The notes: generated by a model from the sequence alone, not told the origin. A stretch of DNA of 64,000 nucleotides from an uncultured Candidatus Marinamargulisbacteria bacterium (GCA_964521915.1 CAZFTP010000002.1:159675-223674), one strand, 5' to 3'. Numbered from the stretch's first letter, positions 36,489 through 45,324 are shown. Numbers and translations are program-made.

Positions 36489-37013
36489 ATGGAAAAAAAA
36501 CTTGTTATGGTTGTTGAAGATGACGAAATGATGGCTAAGCAATTAATTAATATTATTAAAGATTTTTTTACTTATCATCGACAATATGATGTTATTTGGG
36601 CTAAAAATGGGTTAGAGGCTTTAGAATTATATCGTAAAAATAAGGTTTGGTTTGGCTTTAAACAAAATAGAATTAAATGTATTTTACTTGATTTACGTAT
36701 GCCGGAAATGGATGGCGTACAATTTGTAACTCAATTACGTAAAATTGAAGAAAAAAACATTTTTGCTCAATTTATACCAGTTCTGTTTATTACTGCTTGG
36801 GAGGATAAAGAAAAATGGGAAAGTGCTATAGATTCTTTTGTTTCTGGTTATATTAAAAAACCGGTTGAACCTGAATCTCTAAAAAATTTACTTTGGAAAA
36901 TCCTATATAATAAGGATGCAGAAATACTTACGGAAAAAACTAAAAAACAAGCTTTAAAAAAGTATCAAGAATTCAATCAAAAAGGAAAACCTAAACAAGT
37001 TGCGGAAAACTAA
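36489..37013 (+). CDS. Stand-alone receiver-domain response regulator with short C-terminal tail
   Basis: VVEDDE, phospho-acceptor context ILLDLRMPEMDG, FITAW, KKP. GGAGG Shine-Dalgarno sequence. Confidence 0.85.
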   Translation: MEKKLVMVVEDDEMMAKQLINIIKDFFTYHRQYDVIWAKNGLEALELYRKNKVWFGFKQNRIKCILLDLRMPEMDGVQFVTQLRKIEEKNIFAQFIPVLFITAWEDKEKWESAIDSFVSGYIKKPVEPESLKNLLWKILYNKDAEILTEKTKKQALKKYQEFNQKGKPKQVAEN

Positions 37014-39129
37014 TTATAAAAGAGGTACCCATATTTAAATTGGTTTCTACTTTAATATTAGCCTTGTGGTTAAGTACTATTTGATTAACAATACTTAACC
37101 CTAAACCATGTCCATCTGTAGTATTGGTGGTAAAATAAGGTTCCCAAATTTTTTCTAAATTTTCAGGCGATATCCCTTTACCGTTATCACTAATTTTTAA
37201 AACAATATTTTTAGTATTACTATCAAAAAAAGTATTAATAATTATTTTGCCATTTATTTGCGGCAATGCATTAATAGCATTATTTAATAAATTTAAAAGT
37301 AGGCTTATTAAATCAGTTTTATTACCTGAAATTAAAGGTATATTTGTTAAATTTGTTTCTAAACTAAAACCGCTTGGCGGTTTTAGTTCTATAACTTCTT
37401 TTATTAGGTCATTAAAATTTAAAGGTTCCTGCTTTTTTTCTGTTACTGAACCAAGTTCAATACTATTATCAATAACTTTAAGTGCTCTACTTGTTTGAAT
37501 ATCAATTAAATGCATAAAATCTTGAATATCGGAATTAGAAATATTTTGTTTCTTTTTTAAATTATAATTCGCCATATTAATAGTAAAAAGGGGACTTCTT
37601 AATTCATGATTAGTATTTAAAGTAACTCTGGCTAAACTAGCGTTTTTTTCTGATCTTAGTAATTGTAATTGCGTTTGGTATAATTTTTCTTTATTTTTTT
37701 GAAATTCCTGCTCAATTTTTTCATATGGGGTGAGTTTATAAAATACAGCGTTAATATTATTAATTAACATTTTAAAAAAGTTAAGATCTTCCTTTTTATA
37801 AACAGCTTGGTTGCTTCTTTCACCTATAATCACTAAGCCTTCTAAAATCTCAGGTGAATGAAATGGTAATACACAGGCTTTTTTGTTAAACCCTAAATTG
37901 ATGATTTCTTTTTTAATTTCTGAATCTAAATATTTAAATAAACTCGTAACCGTAATATTGTGAAAATAATTAATTAAAGGATGATCAATCTGGATTGCTT
38001 TTTCCTGCAATACATTTTTATTCATTACTTTAGTAGTAACATCAATCTCATAATCAATTTCTCTTAATAAATAGCTGACTGAAACATCCTGCAGTGACAT
38101 TTTTACATCATCATTTTTCCTTTGAGCAAAAATCACCAGACTTTTTTCCAGCTCTAATTCGTTGTAAAGTTTTTCGTCAATAATTTCAAAAATTTGACTG
38201 CAGTTGTCCGTATTCCCGGCAAGTTCGGTAATCTGAACCAAAAGTTTATCGGCGTCGTAGTAGCCACGAATAAATTTATGTTTTATTCCTGTAATTAAAT
38301 ATTCTTGTATATCCTTGCCAAATAAAACTGAAATTAAACCTAAAAAAATCATCCAACAAATAAGAAAAAAAGAATTATGACCTAAAAAATATACAGAAAA
38401 ACCAAAAATAGGAATAACAAAACAAGAAACAATAAATATCGCGGTTGTATTTTTAATAACAACCTTGATATCCATTAGTTCATGTTTGGTTACAGCTATA
38501 GCCGTTAGAAGTAAATATATAAAAACAAAATAATTTGCTACTGGATAAAAACTTATCCCAAATACTGGCAAATAAGTTGTTGAGCCTCCAGTAAAACCAA
38601 TTAATGTAGCAATAGAAAAATAAAACACTTGTTTTTTTCTATGTCCACCTAGTTTTTTGTAAAATTTAATTAATAAATAGCAACCATAAAAAACACCCCA
38701 AAAAAAGAACATTAAAAAAACAGGATATAGTAAACCCGCTTGAGTATAATAATTAAAAGACATTATAGGCATTACACCTTTAATAAATAAATTTGTTGGG
38801 ATTAATAAAAGAAAAATGAAGCTTGATAAATAAAGAATAAAAACTGTTCTTTTTTTTTGCTTATTCAATCCTAGAATAGAAACAACAAAATGATAGTAAG
38901 AAGAATGAAGAAAAACTACCCCAATATGCAATATTTTAGCCCAAAATAAACCAGAGGCTTGATTTAAAGCCGTTACTTCTAAAGATAGCCCTGTGCTCCA
39001 AATTACTGAAGCTAATGCTAACAATGCAAATGATTGATTAATAACGTTTTTCGGATTTCTTATTAGAACATAGCCCCCAAGTATAATGGCAAATATAGAT
39101 GTAAGATATGAAGTTAATTCAAAAAACAT
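36991..39129 (-). CDS. Sensor histidine kinase with N-terminal 7TM-type membrane domain
   Basis: About 7-9 predicted TM helices ending in AVTKHELMDIKV (HisKA_7TM-like); H-box NHELRSPL; N box LLNNAINAL; G boxes DNGKGI and GHGLGLSIV. Confidence 0.85.
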   Translation of the reverse strand: MFFELTSYLTSIFAIILGGYVLIRNPKNVINQSFALLALASVIWSTGLSLEVTALNQASGLFWAKILHIGVVFLHSSYYHFVVSILGLNKQKKRTVFILYLSSFIFLLLIPTNLFIKGVMPIMSFNYYTQAGLLYPVFLMFFFWGVFYGCYLLIKFYKKLGGHRKKQVFYFSIATLIGFTGGSTTYLPVFGISFYPVANYFVFIYLLLTAIAVTKHELMDIKVVIKNTTAIFIVSCFVIPIFGFSVYFLGHNSFFLICWMIFLGLISVLFGKDIQEYLITGIKHKFIRGYYDADKLLVQITELAGNTDNCSQIFEIIDEKLYNELELEKSLVIFAQRKNDDVKMSLQDVSVSYLLREIDYEIDVTTKVMNKNVLQEKAIQIDHPLINYFHNITVTSLFKYLDSEIKKEIINLGFNKKACVLPFHSPEILEGLVIIGERSNQAVYKKEDLNFFKMLINNINAVFYKLTPYEKIEQEFQKNKEKLYQTQLQLLRSEKNASLARVTLNTNHELRSPLFTINMANYNLKKKQNISNSDIQDFMHLIDIQTSRALKVIDNSIELGSVTEKKQEPLNFNDLIKEVIELKPPSGFSLETNLTNIPLISGNKTDLISLLLNLLNNAINALPQINGKIIINTFFDSNTKNIVLKISDNGKGISPENLEKIWEPYFTTNTTDGHGLGLSIVNQIVLNHKANIKVETNLNMGTSFIISFPQLV

Positions 39130-39142
39130 ATTTATTTTTTTA

Positions 39143-40399
39143 TTAGTCCTTATCTCTTAGTTTAGCATGAGCATCCATATAATTATCCTTAGGGAAAGCA
39201 GAACAAATTGAGATTTCACCTGCTAGAAGAGTTGCCGCAATAATTTCAGCAAATTTTTTTGCTCCTCCTATTCCAGCACAGCCTAATATTTCTAAACATT
39301 CTTTTTGAGTTGCTAATGAAGTTCCTCCTCCAATAGTCCCAATTACTAAATTAGGCGCCTTTATTGATATATACAGATCTCCATTTTTGGTTATTTCGCA
39401 GGTACTAATACCTATAGATGAATTAACAATACTTGCCACATCTTGACCACAAGCTATAAAAATAGCAGCTAACGCATTAGCAAATTGGCCATTCATACCT
39501 ATCATACCCCCAAGAGTTGTACTCAAAATTACAGTTTGATAGTATTGATAAATTTCTTCTGCAGATGAATTTAAATACCTATTAATAATTTTTTGAGGTA
39601 ATAAAACAGATGCAGAAACATTCTTCCCATAAGTGTCAGTAAAATTTACGGCCGAAACTTTTTTATCAGAAGAAAAATTTGAACGTAAATAATATTTTTT
39701 CACAGGATACTTTTCAACGATATAACGCGAGGCTTCTCGTGTTGCAATATTTATCATATTTAATCCCATAGCATCACCGGTATAATATTTAAAAGTTAAT
39801 ATAACCTTATTACCAATAATACGAGATATAACATTTTTTAATTTACCATATTTTGTTGTTTTTTCAGCAATAGATTTAATTACAGCTAGATGTTCGCCTA
39901 ACCATAAAACAAAAGCATTAGCTTCTGATAATGTATCAAAAAAGAAGATAGGTGATGTACTTATTTCATCTTCATGGATCACAACTTCTGCTCCGCCGGA
40001 TTTAGTTATTGCAATCATTCCTCTAGTATAAGCTTTCACCAAAACACCTTCAGTTGTAGCAAATGGCACATGAAAATTTCCTTTAGCGTATTTACCATTA
40101 ATTTTTAATGGGCCTGCTAGACCGACAGGAACTTGAGCAACACCAATGAAAGTTTCTATATTATTTTTATAATTCTGACTGTCATCAGAAAAATTATTCA
40201 AATGCTTTATTTTAATATTCCTATTTTGTTCTAACCATTTTAATCGTAAAAATACATTTTCTTTTTTATGATCATTGTATCCATAATTGGGTATTCTTTC
40301 CTTTATTAAAGAAAAAGTAGTTTCTTCAGCATTTACTATAGTTTTTAAATCATTATTTGAATCTAATTTAATTTCTTTTTTATTGTATATAGTATCCAA
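39143..40399 (-). CDS. Class I HMG-CoA reductase-like NAD(P)H oxidoreductase (orphan)
   Basis: ATTEGVLVKA (catalytic Glu), SSDKK (Lys), GDAMGLNMIN (Asp), GTIGGGT, C-terminal MDAHAK (His). 13 nt upstream of the kinase start. Confidence 0.8.
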   Translation of the reverse strand: MDTIYNKKEIKLDSNNDLKTIVNAEETTFSLIKERIPNYGYNDHKKENVFLRLKWLEQNRNIKIKHLNNFSDDSQNYKNNIETFIGVAQVPVGLAGPLKINGKYAKGNFHVPFATTEGVLVKAYTRGMIAITKSGGAEVVIHEDEISTSPIFFFDTLSEANAFVLWLGEHLAVIKSIAEKTTKYGKLKNVISRIIGNKVILTFKYYTGDAMGLNMINIATREASRYIVEKYPVKKYYLRSNFSSDKKVSAVNFTDTYGKNVSASVLLPQKIINRYLNSSAEEIYQYYQTVILSTTLGGMIGMNGQFANALAAIFIACGQDVASIVNSSIGISTCEITKNGDLYISIKAPNLVIGTIGGGTSLATQKECLEILGCAGIGGAKKFAEIIAATLLAGEISICSAFPKDNYMDAHAKLRDKD

Positions 40400-40516
40400 A
40401 ATTCACACCTTCAAAAAAAATAATGAATGAAATTATAAATAGTACCTATTAAAATAGCATACGAACTTCTTTAATTAATCGCACAAAAACAATAAGAATT
40501 TCAACTTTTATTTATT

Positions 40517-40771
40517 TTAATAGCGGAAATTTTTACAAAGTGCTTGTTTTCTGAAATTAATTATACAATAATTTGCATTAAGAAACAAAAAATTTATTAA
40601 ATAGAAAAAATCACCGAATGTCCAAATTGACCAACTAAAAATAAATAACGAGAAAACTATATTTTTCTTACTATTTCTATTATGAATTAAAACCATTGCG
40701 CCTAGAAGTAAATTAGCAATAGACGCAACTAATGGTGATACTCTACTATAATTGATTATTAGTTCTAGCAT
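40517..40771 (-). pseudogene. N-terminal fragment of a 7TM sensor kinase paralogue
   Basis: LVASIANLLLGAMVLIHNRNSKKNIVFSLFIFSWSIW aligns with the N-terminus of the 36991-39129 kinase (LTSIFAIILGGYVLIRNPKNVINQSFALLALASVIW). Only 84 aa, with no kinase core. Confidence 0.55.
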
Positions 40772-40783
40772 GAAATTACCTAA

Positions 40784-42184
40784 TTAAATTATATTTAAAT
40801 TTTTGCCTATTTTCTCTATTTTATCAATAGTAAAATTAATTTGTTTTTCAGTATGTCCGGCTGAAACAATAAACCTTAACCGTCCTTTACCCTTCTTAAC
40901 AGCTGGGTAAGAAATCCAATTGGTAAAAACACCATTTTTAAAAAGTTCTTTACACATAGTCGCCAAATCTTGTTCATTATCAATGTAAATAGGAACTATT
41001 GGACTACTGCTTTTTCCTACATTAAAACCTAAATTTTTTATAGAATTTCTAAATTTATTTGTATTAGACCATAATTTTTGTTTTAGTTTTTTATCTTTTT
41101 GAATAATATTTAAGGCTTCTAGACATGCCGTAATATCTGCTGACGGTAAAGATGCTTGAAATAAATATGAGTTTGCAGTATGCCTTATAAAGGTTGCGTA
41201 TTCTTTTTTACAAGCAATAATTCCACCAATTGAACCAATGGCTTTGCTTAAAGTTGTCATAATAAAATCAACTTGATCTAAACAACCTAAATGAGCTGAT
41301 AATCCGTTTCCTTTTTCTCCATAAAAACCAAAAGAATGAGCTTCATCTACATATAAATAAAATTTATATTTTTCTTTTAATTTACAATATTCTTTTAATG
41401 GAGCTTCTTCACCTGACATACCATAAACTGATTCCGTAATAACAAAAATATTTTCATATTGACCTGAAGGTATCCGTTTTAATATTTGTTCTAAAGAATT
41501 AGCATCATTATTTTTAAAAGTTCGGAAATTTGTACCTGAAAGTTTTACCCCTTCAATAATACTAGAATGACATTCTTTATCAAAAATAATTAAATCATGT
41601 TTATCTGCAATAGCAGAAATAACGCCAAGATTTGTCGTAAAACCAGTTGGAAATAGAATAGCGGCTTCTTTATTAAAAAATCGGGCAAATTCACTCTCTA
41701 ATTGATTATGTAATGAACTAAATCCACCTGAAACTGCCGAAGTTCCACAACCAACGCCATTAATATCAATAATTTTTTTGGCATTTTCTAATACTTGAGG
41801 ATGACGATTTAAACCTAAATATAAATTAGTGCACCAGATAATACATTCATTCTCATTACTTTTATTGGGTGTCATAATACTAGCTGAGAAATTACTACCA
41901 TTTTTCAAGAATCTATCTAAAGTATATATTTCTAATTTTTTTTGTAATTGAGTTATTTCATATGTAAAATTAGTTTTTTGATCAAAATTTGTAATATTAT
42001 ATTGTTTTAAATTTCTGGCAATACTTAAAGGATGAATATTTTGAGCAAGTTTTTTTAAATATTTAATATTATTTTTCTTTATTATCTTAAATGTTTCTTT
42101 TTCAGCATTAACAATTTTTTTATTTATATTTTGAATTTTTGTTTGAGCAATATCAATTTCAGAAGAATTTTGTTTCAAATTCAT
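40784..42184 (-). CDS. PLP-dependent alpha-oxoamine synthase family enzyme (BioF/KBL/SPT/CqsA-LqsA family) with ~100 aa N-terminal extension
   Basis: NLYLGL, FPTGFTTNLG, DEAHSFG, PLP-lysine motif TLSKAIGSIGG, GRLRF. GGAGGGG Shine-Dalgarno sequence. Confidence 0.85.
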   Translation of the reverse strand: MNLKQNSSEIDIAQTKIQNINKKIVNAEKETFKIIKKNNIKYLKKLAQNIHPLSIARNLKQYNITNFDQKTNFTYEITQLQKKLEIYTLDRFLKNGSNFSASIMTPNKSNENECIIWCTNLYLGLNRHPQVLENAKKIIDINGVGCGTSAVSGGFSSLHNQLESEFARFFNKEAAILFPTGFTTNLGVISAIADKHDLIIFDKECHSSIIEGVKLSGTNFRTFKNNDANSLEQILKRIPSGQYENIFVITESVYGMSGEEAPLKEYCKLKEKYKFYLYVDEAHSFGFYGEKGNGLSAHLGCLDQVDFIMTTLSKAIGSIGGIIACKKEYATFIRHTANSYLFQASLPSADITACLEALNIIQKDKKLKQKLWSNTNKFRNSIKNLGFNVGKSSSPIVPIYIDNEQDLATMCKELFKNGVFTNWISYPAVKKGKGRLRFIVSAGHTEKQINFTIDKIEKIGKNLNII

Positions 42185-42352
42185 TTATCCCCTCCATAAA
42201 AACAAGTTTTTAATTGATATTTAATAATCGCATAAATATTATAAAAATTTCAATTTTGCCTATTTTTATAGCTAAATTAAGTATAGCATTTTTTTAGATT
42301 AATAAAGCAAGAAGTTTTGAAAAATAGCCATTTTGCAACAGATTCAAATTAC

Positions 42353-42547
42353 AAAGGCAAGAAGGCACAAGGTTTAGCTCTAAGGCTCGAACTCAAACCC
42401 TCACCCCAACCCTCCTCTCACACGAATGGGAGAGGGCGTTTTTTGAAAAAAGACAAGAGTTTACCCTTACTTAGTGCAGAAATAAAATAAAAAATGAGTT
42501 TTCCCCCAAAAGATAGGTCGGAGATTTTAAGCCCGCCCGGCAGGGAT
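42353..42547. repeat. Mosaic GC-rich repeat cluster
   Basis: aaggcaagaaggcacaaggtttagctc (as at 4641); ccctcaccccaaccctcctctcacacgaatgggagaggg (partial copy of the pdxA element, followed by a T-run); ccaaaagataggtcggagattttaagcccgcccggcaggg (half of the 19841 stem-loop, and related to 60191-60212). Confidence 0.85.
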
Positions 42548-42604
42548 TCTAAACATAGATATATTTATATTTCTTTTTTTAGTAAAATATGAAATAATTT
42601 TTTT

Positions 42605-42994
42605 ATGTACGAAGAAATAGCTAAGAAATGGTATAAACAGGCTAATCATGACTTATTAATGGCGGAAAAAAATTTAGAAATTGAAGGATATGATGTTAGT
42701 GCATTTTTAACACAACAAGCAATAGAAAAATTTTTAAAAACAATTTATTTATTAAGAAATAAAAAAATACCAAGAACGCATTATTTAGATGATTTAATTA
42801 GAGAGTTAAATTTATCTGATGAAATTTTAGATTTAGCAAATGATTTAACGGCAGATTATACATTAGCAAGATATCCTGATATTTCTGATTTAACACCTTA
42901 TGAAGAATATAATGAAGAAATAGCGTTAGAAAAATTAAATATAGCAAAACAAATTTATGATAAAATAAGTGCTGAATTTAAAGGTTTAAAATGA
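42605..42994 (+). CDS. HEPN-domain protein (HepT-like toxin candidate)
   Basis: QQAIEKFLKTIYLLRNKKIPRTHYLDDL (HEPN Rx4-6H region). Overlaps the downstream MNT gene by 4 nt. Confidence 0.75.
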   Translation: MYEEIAKKWYKQANHDLLMAEKNLEIEGYDVSAFLTQQAIEKFLKTIYLLRNKKIPRTHYLDDLIRELNLSDEILDLANDLTADYTLARYPDISDLTPYEEYNEEIALEKLNIAKQIYDKISAEFKGLK

Positions 42995-43317
42995 ATAATA
43001 ATTTTAAGGATAAAGTAATTAATCAATTTATTAAAGAAGTAATCCCAATTCTTAAAAAAGAGATAAAGCCTGAGGAGATATTATTTTTTGGGTCAAGAGT
43101 TACTGGTGAAGCAAAAGAAGAATCAGATTTAGATGTAATTTTAATTTCAGAATATTTTAAGAATATACCATTTATTAAACGTATGCCACTCGTATTAAAA
43201 AAAATAAAATTCAATAAGCATGTTGATATTTTATGTTATTCTCAAGATGAATTTGAACGTATTAAAAAAACATCTTCTATTATAGAAAATGCATTGATTT
43301 TTGCAAAACAATACTAA
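42991..43317 (+). CDS. Minimal nucleotidyltransferase (MntA-like antitoxin candidate)
   Basis: GSRVTGEAKEESDLDVILI. Confidence 0.8.
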   Translation: MNNNFKDKVINQFIKEVIPILKKEIKPEEILFFGSRVTGEAKEESDLDVILISEYFKNIPFIKRMPLVLKKIKFNKHVDILCYSQDEFERIKKTSSIIENALIFAKQY

Positions 43318-43359
43318 TTATTTCACTTCATTTTTTTTTAGAAAAAGAAAACGGGGTAA

Positions 43360-43650
43360 GCCCCAAAAGAAGATGATAAATTTTTACCGGTTTCCCTTGC
43401 TTCCATTATTGCAAAAACACGTAGAGATGCCGAAATAATAAGGCTTTGTGAATCAATTAATGAACCCTATATTTCTGGTTATCCGAATAAAAAAACTGCT
43501 GAATTTTTATATAATTATTATAATAAGTACAATAAATTAGTGCCTCAGATTAGAAAAAGTAGAAACTGGGAACCTCTACAAAAGTTATTACAGGAAGAAA
43601 ATAATGTAGGGACGCGATTTATCGCGTCCGCAGAATCTAAAATTATCTAA
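43360..43650 (+). pseudogene. Start-less 3' remnant of rnhB (direct repeat copy 2 at 43372-43590)
   Basis: Encodes EDDKFLPVSLASIIAKTRRDAEIIRLCESINEPYISGYPNKK...WEPLQKLL, then a different tail QEENNVGTRFIASAESKII. An in-frame TAA at 43357-43359 lies immediately upstream, and there is no N-terminal catalytic region. Confidence 0.9.
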
Positions 43651-44363
43651 GATGATTTTTTGAAATCTACCATTGGTACACCATTAACGTATTCATCAAT
43701 TACAATATTTTTCATTTTACTTAAAGAATCCATGATAGTTCTAATTCTTCTGGCACAGTTTATTACTTCATTTACAACTTTTTTTTCTGCCGGTTTATCA
43801 GCAAACATACTTTTCAATAATTGCGACCCTAATAATATAGTTGTTAACGGATTTCTTATTTCGTGATGTAAAGAAACATATATTTGTTTTAAAAGTAATT
43901 CTTTTTCTTTTTCTATAATTTTAGTTTGATTTTCAGTTAGATTTTTTTCATTACCAGCTATATCAACAGCCATAGCTTTTAAATTATCTTTTTCTCTTTT
44001 AAATCTTAAAATTAACTCAACCCGTAATAGTAATTCTTCTGTAATATAAGGTTTTGTAATATAATCATCAGCCCCAATTTCAAAACCTTCTTTTTTAGCA
44101 GAAATTTCTTCTAAAGCAGTTACAAAAATTACTGGTATTTCTTTGGTTTTAGGATTACTTTTAATCTTTTTACAAATATCAAAACCATTTTCACCAGGTA
44201 AGAAAATATCGAGTAAAATTAAATCTGGATTTTCTTTTTCAATTAGAGTAAGCCCTTTTTCACCATTTTCCGCAGATATAACAGTAAAGCCAGCATCTTC
44301 TAAAGTCATTATAGCAAGTTCTAGATTCATTTTATCATCTTCAATAATTAATATTTTTTCCAT
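43647..44363 (-). CDS. Receiver domain fused to a HisKA/DHp domain, without an ATPase domain
   Basis: IIEDDK, LILLDIFLPGENG, FVTA, KP; then H-box SLHHEIRNPLTT. The protein ends about 70 aa later with no N/G boxes. Confidence 0.75.
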   Translation of the reverse strand: MEKILIIEDDKMNLELAIMTLEDAGFTVISAENGEKGLTLIEKENPDLILLDIFLPGENGFDICKKIKSNPKTKEIPVIFVTALEEISAKKEGFEIGADDYITKPYITEELLLRVELILRFKREKDNLKAMAVDIAGNEKNLTENQTKIIEKEKELLLKQIYVSLHHEIRNPLTTILLGSQLLKSMFADKPAEKKVVNEVINCARRIRTIMDSLSKMKNIVIDEYVNGVPMVDFKKSS

Positions 44364-44580
44364 TAGTTCACTCCTTATTTAATAGGACTATTTTTTTATT
44401 ATATCAAATATTAAATATTAAAGCATTTTATTTTTGTGTTATTAAACATTTGCAAATATCATGCCAAAATAGGTTTTGGTATAGCCATGAAGTGAAGCTT
44501 CATGGCTACTAATAAATATGAAGTTTTTATTTTGGGTGAAAACACAATTATGTCGATAACCATGCTATAATAGAGTAGTC

Positions 44581-45324
44581 ATGAAAATGAATTCTCCTAT
44601 AGGGAAAAAGATTCTTTCTATGGTACGAAATGGTGATTATGCACATCCCGGTGAAGAATCTGCAATAGATCTGGTACTGAAAAATATTTCTAAAAATCAA
44701 TCAAATACTATCCTTGATGTAGGTTGCGGTAGAGGTGGAACCGCGGATTATATTTATAATCACGGTTGGGGTAAAGTAACTGCTTTTGATATTGATGCAG
44801 AATCAATAAAATATGCTCAAGATAATTTTCCTCAAGTAAACTTTTTTACTAGCGGTATCGATGAATTGAATCAGAAATTAACAAAAGAGTTTGATATTAT
44901 TACTTTATTTACGGTTTTTTATGCTTTAAAACAACAAAAAAATGTACTTATTTCATTAAATAAGGTTATTAAACCTAAAGGAAACTTAATTATTTTTGAC
45001 TACACAGATTTAACAGATAATGATGCATCTCTTCAATTTCACGAAGATAAAGATCAGGTTTGGCAACCAATTAAAATAAAAGAGATAAAAGAATTGTTTG
45101 CTGATACCGGATGGAAGATTACAAAAATTCAGGATATTTCTAATAAATTTGATCAGTGGTACATGGATTTGGTAGATAAAATAGAACAGAAAAAAGATCA
45201 AATTATTAATTATGCCGGTAATACATGGTATACCTTTGTTTTTAATTTTTATTCAAATATGCTAAAATCGATAAAACAGAGAAAATTGGGGGGCGTTATA
45301 ATTCAAACTAGAAATATTAGTTAA
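44581..45324 (+). CDS. Class I SAM-dependent methyltransferase (phosphoethanolamine N-methyltransferase-like)
   Basis: ILDVGCGRGGTA, AFDID. The N-terminal GDYAHPGEESA resembles PMT-type enzymes. Confidence 0.7.
   Translation: MKMNSPIGKKILSMVRNGDYAHPGEESAIDLVLKNISKNQSNTILDVGCGRGGTADYIYNHGWGKVTAFDIDAESIKYAQDNFPQVNFFTSGIDELNQKLTKEFDIITLFTVFYALKQQKNVLISLNKVIKPKGNLIIFDYTDLTDNDASLQFHEDKDQVWQPIKIKEIKELFADTGWKITKIQDISNKFDQWYMDLVDKIEQKKDQIINYAGNTWYTFVFNFYSNMLKSIKQRKLGGVIIQTRNIS

Noticed and set aside
39143-40399. HMGR-like gene as evidence for a mevalonate pathway
   Set aside because: No HMG-CoA synthase, mevalonate kinase, phosphomevalonate kinase or decarboxylase gene is in the window. Lone laterally acquired class-I HMGR genes have precedent in bacteria such as Vibrio, so no pathway call is justified.
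36378-43371. Integrase, transposase or other recombinase within the repeat-bracketed insertion
   Set aside because: I checked every ORF in the ORF track between the repeats. All have other assignments (two-component proteins, enzymes, HEPN/MNT). None shows tyrosine-recombinase (R..HxxR..Y), serine-recombinase or DDE signatures.
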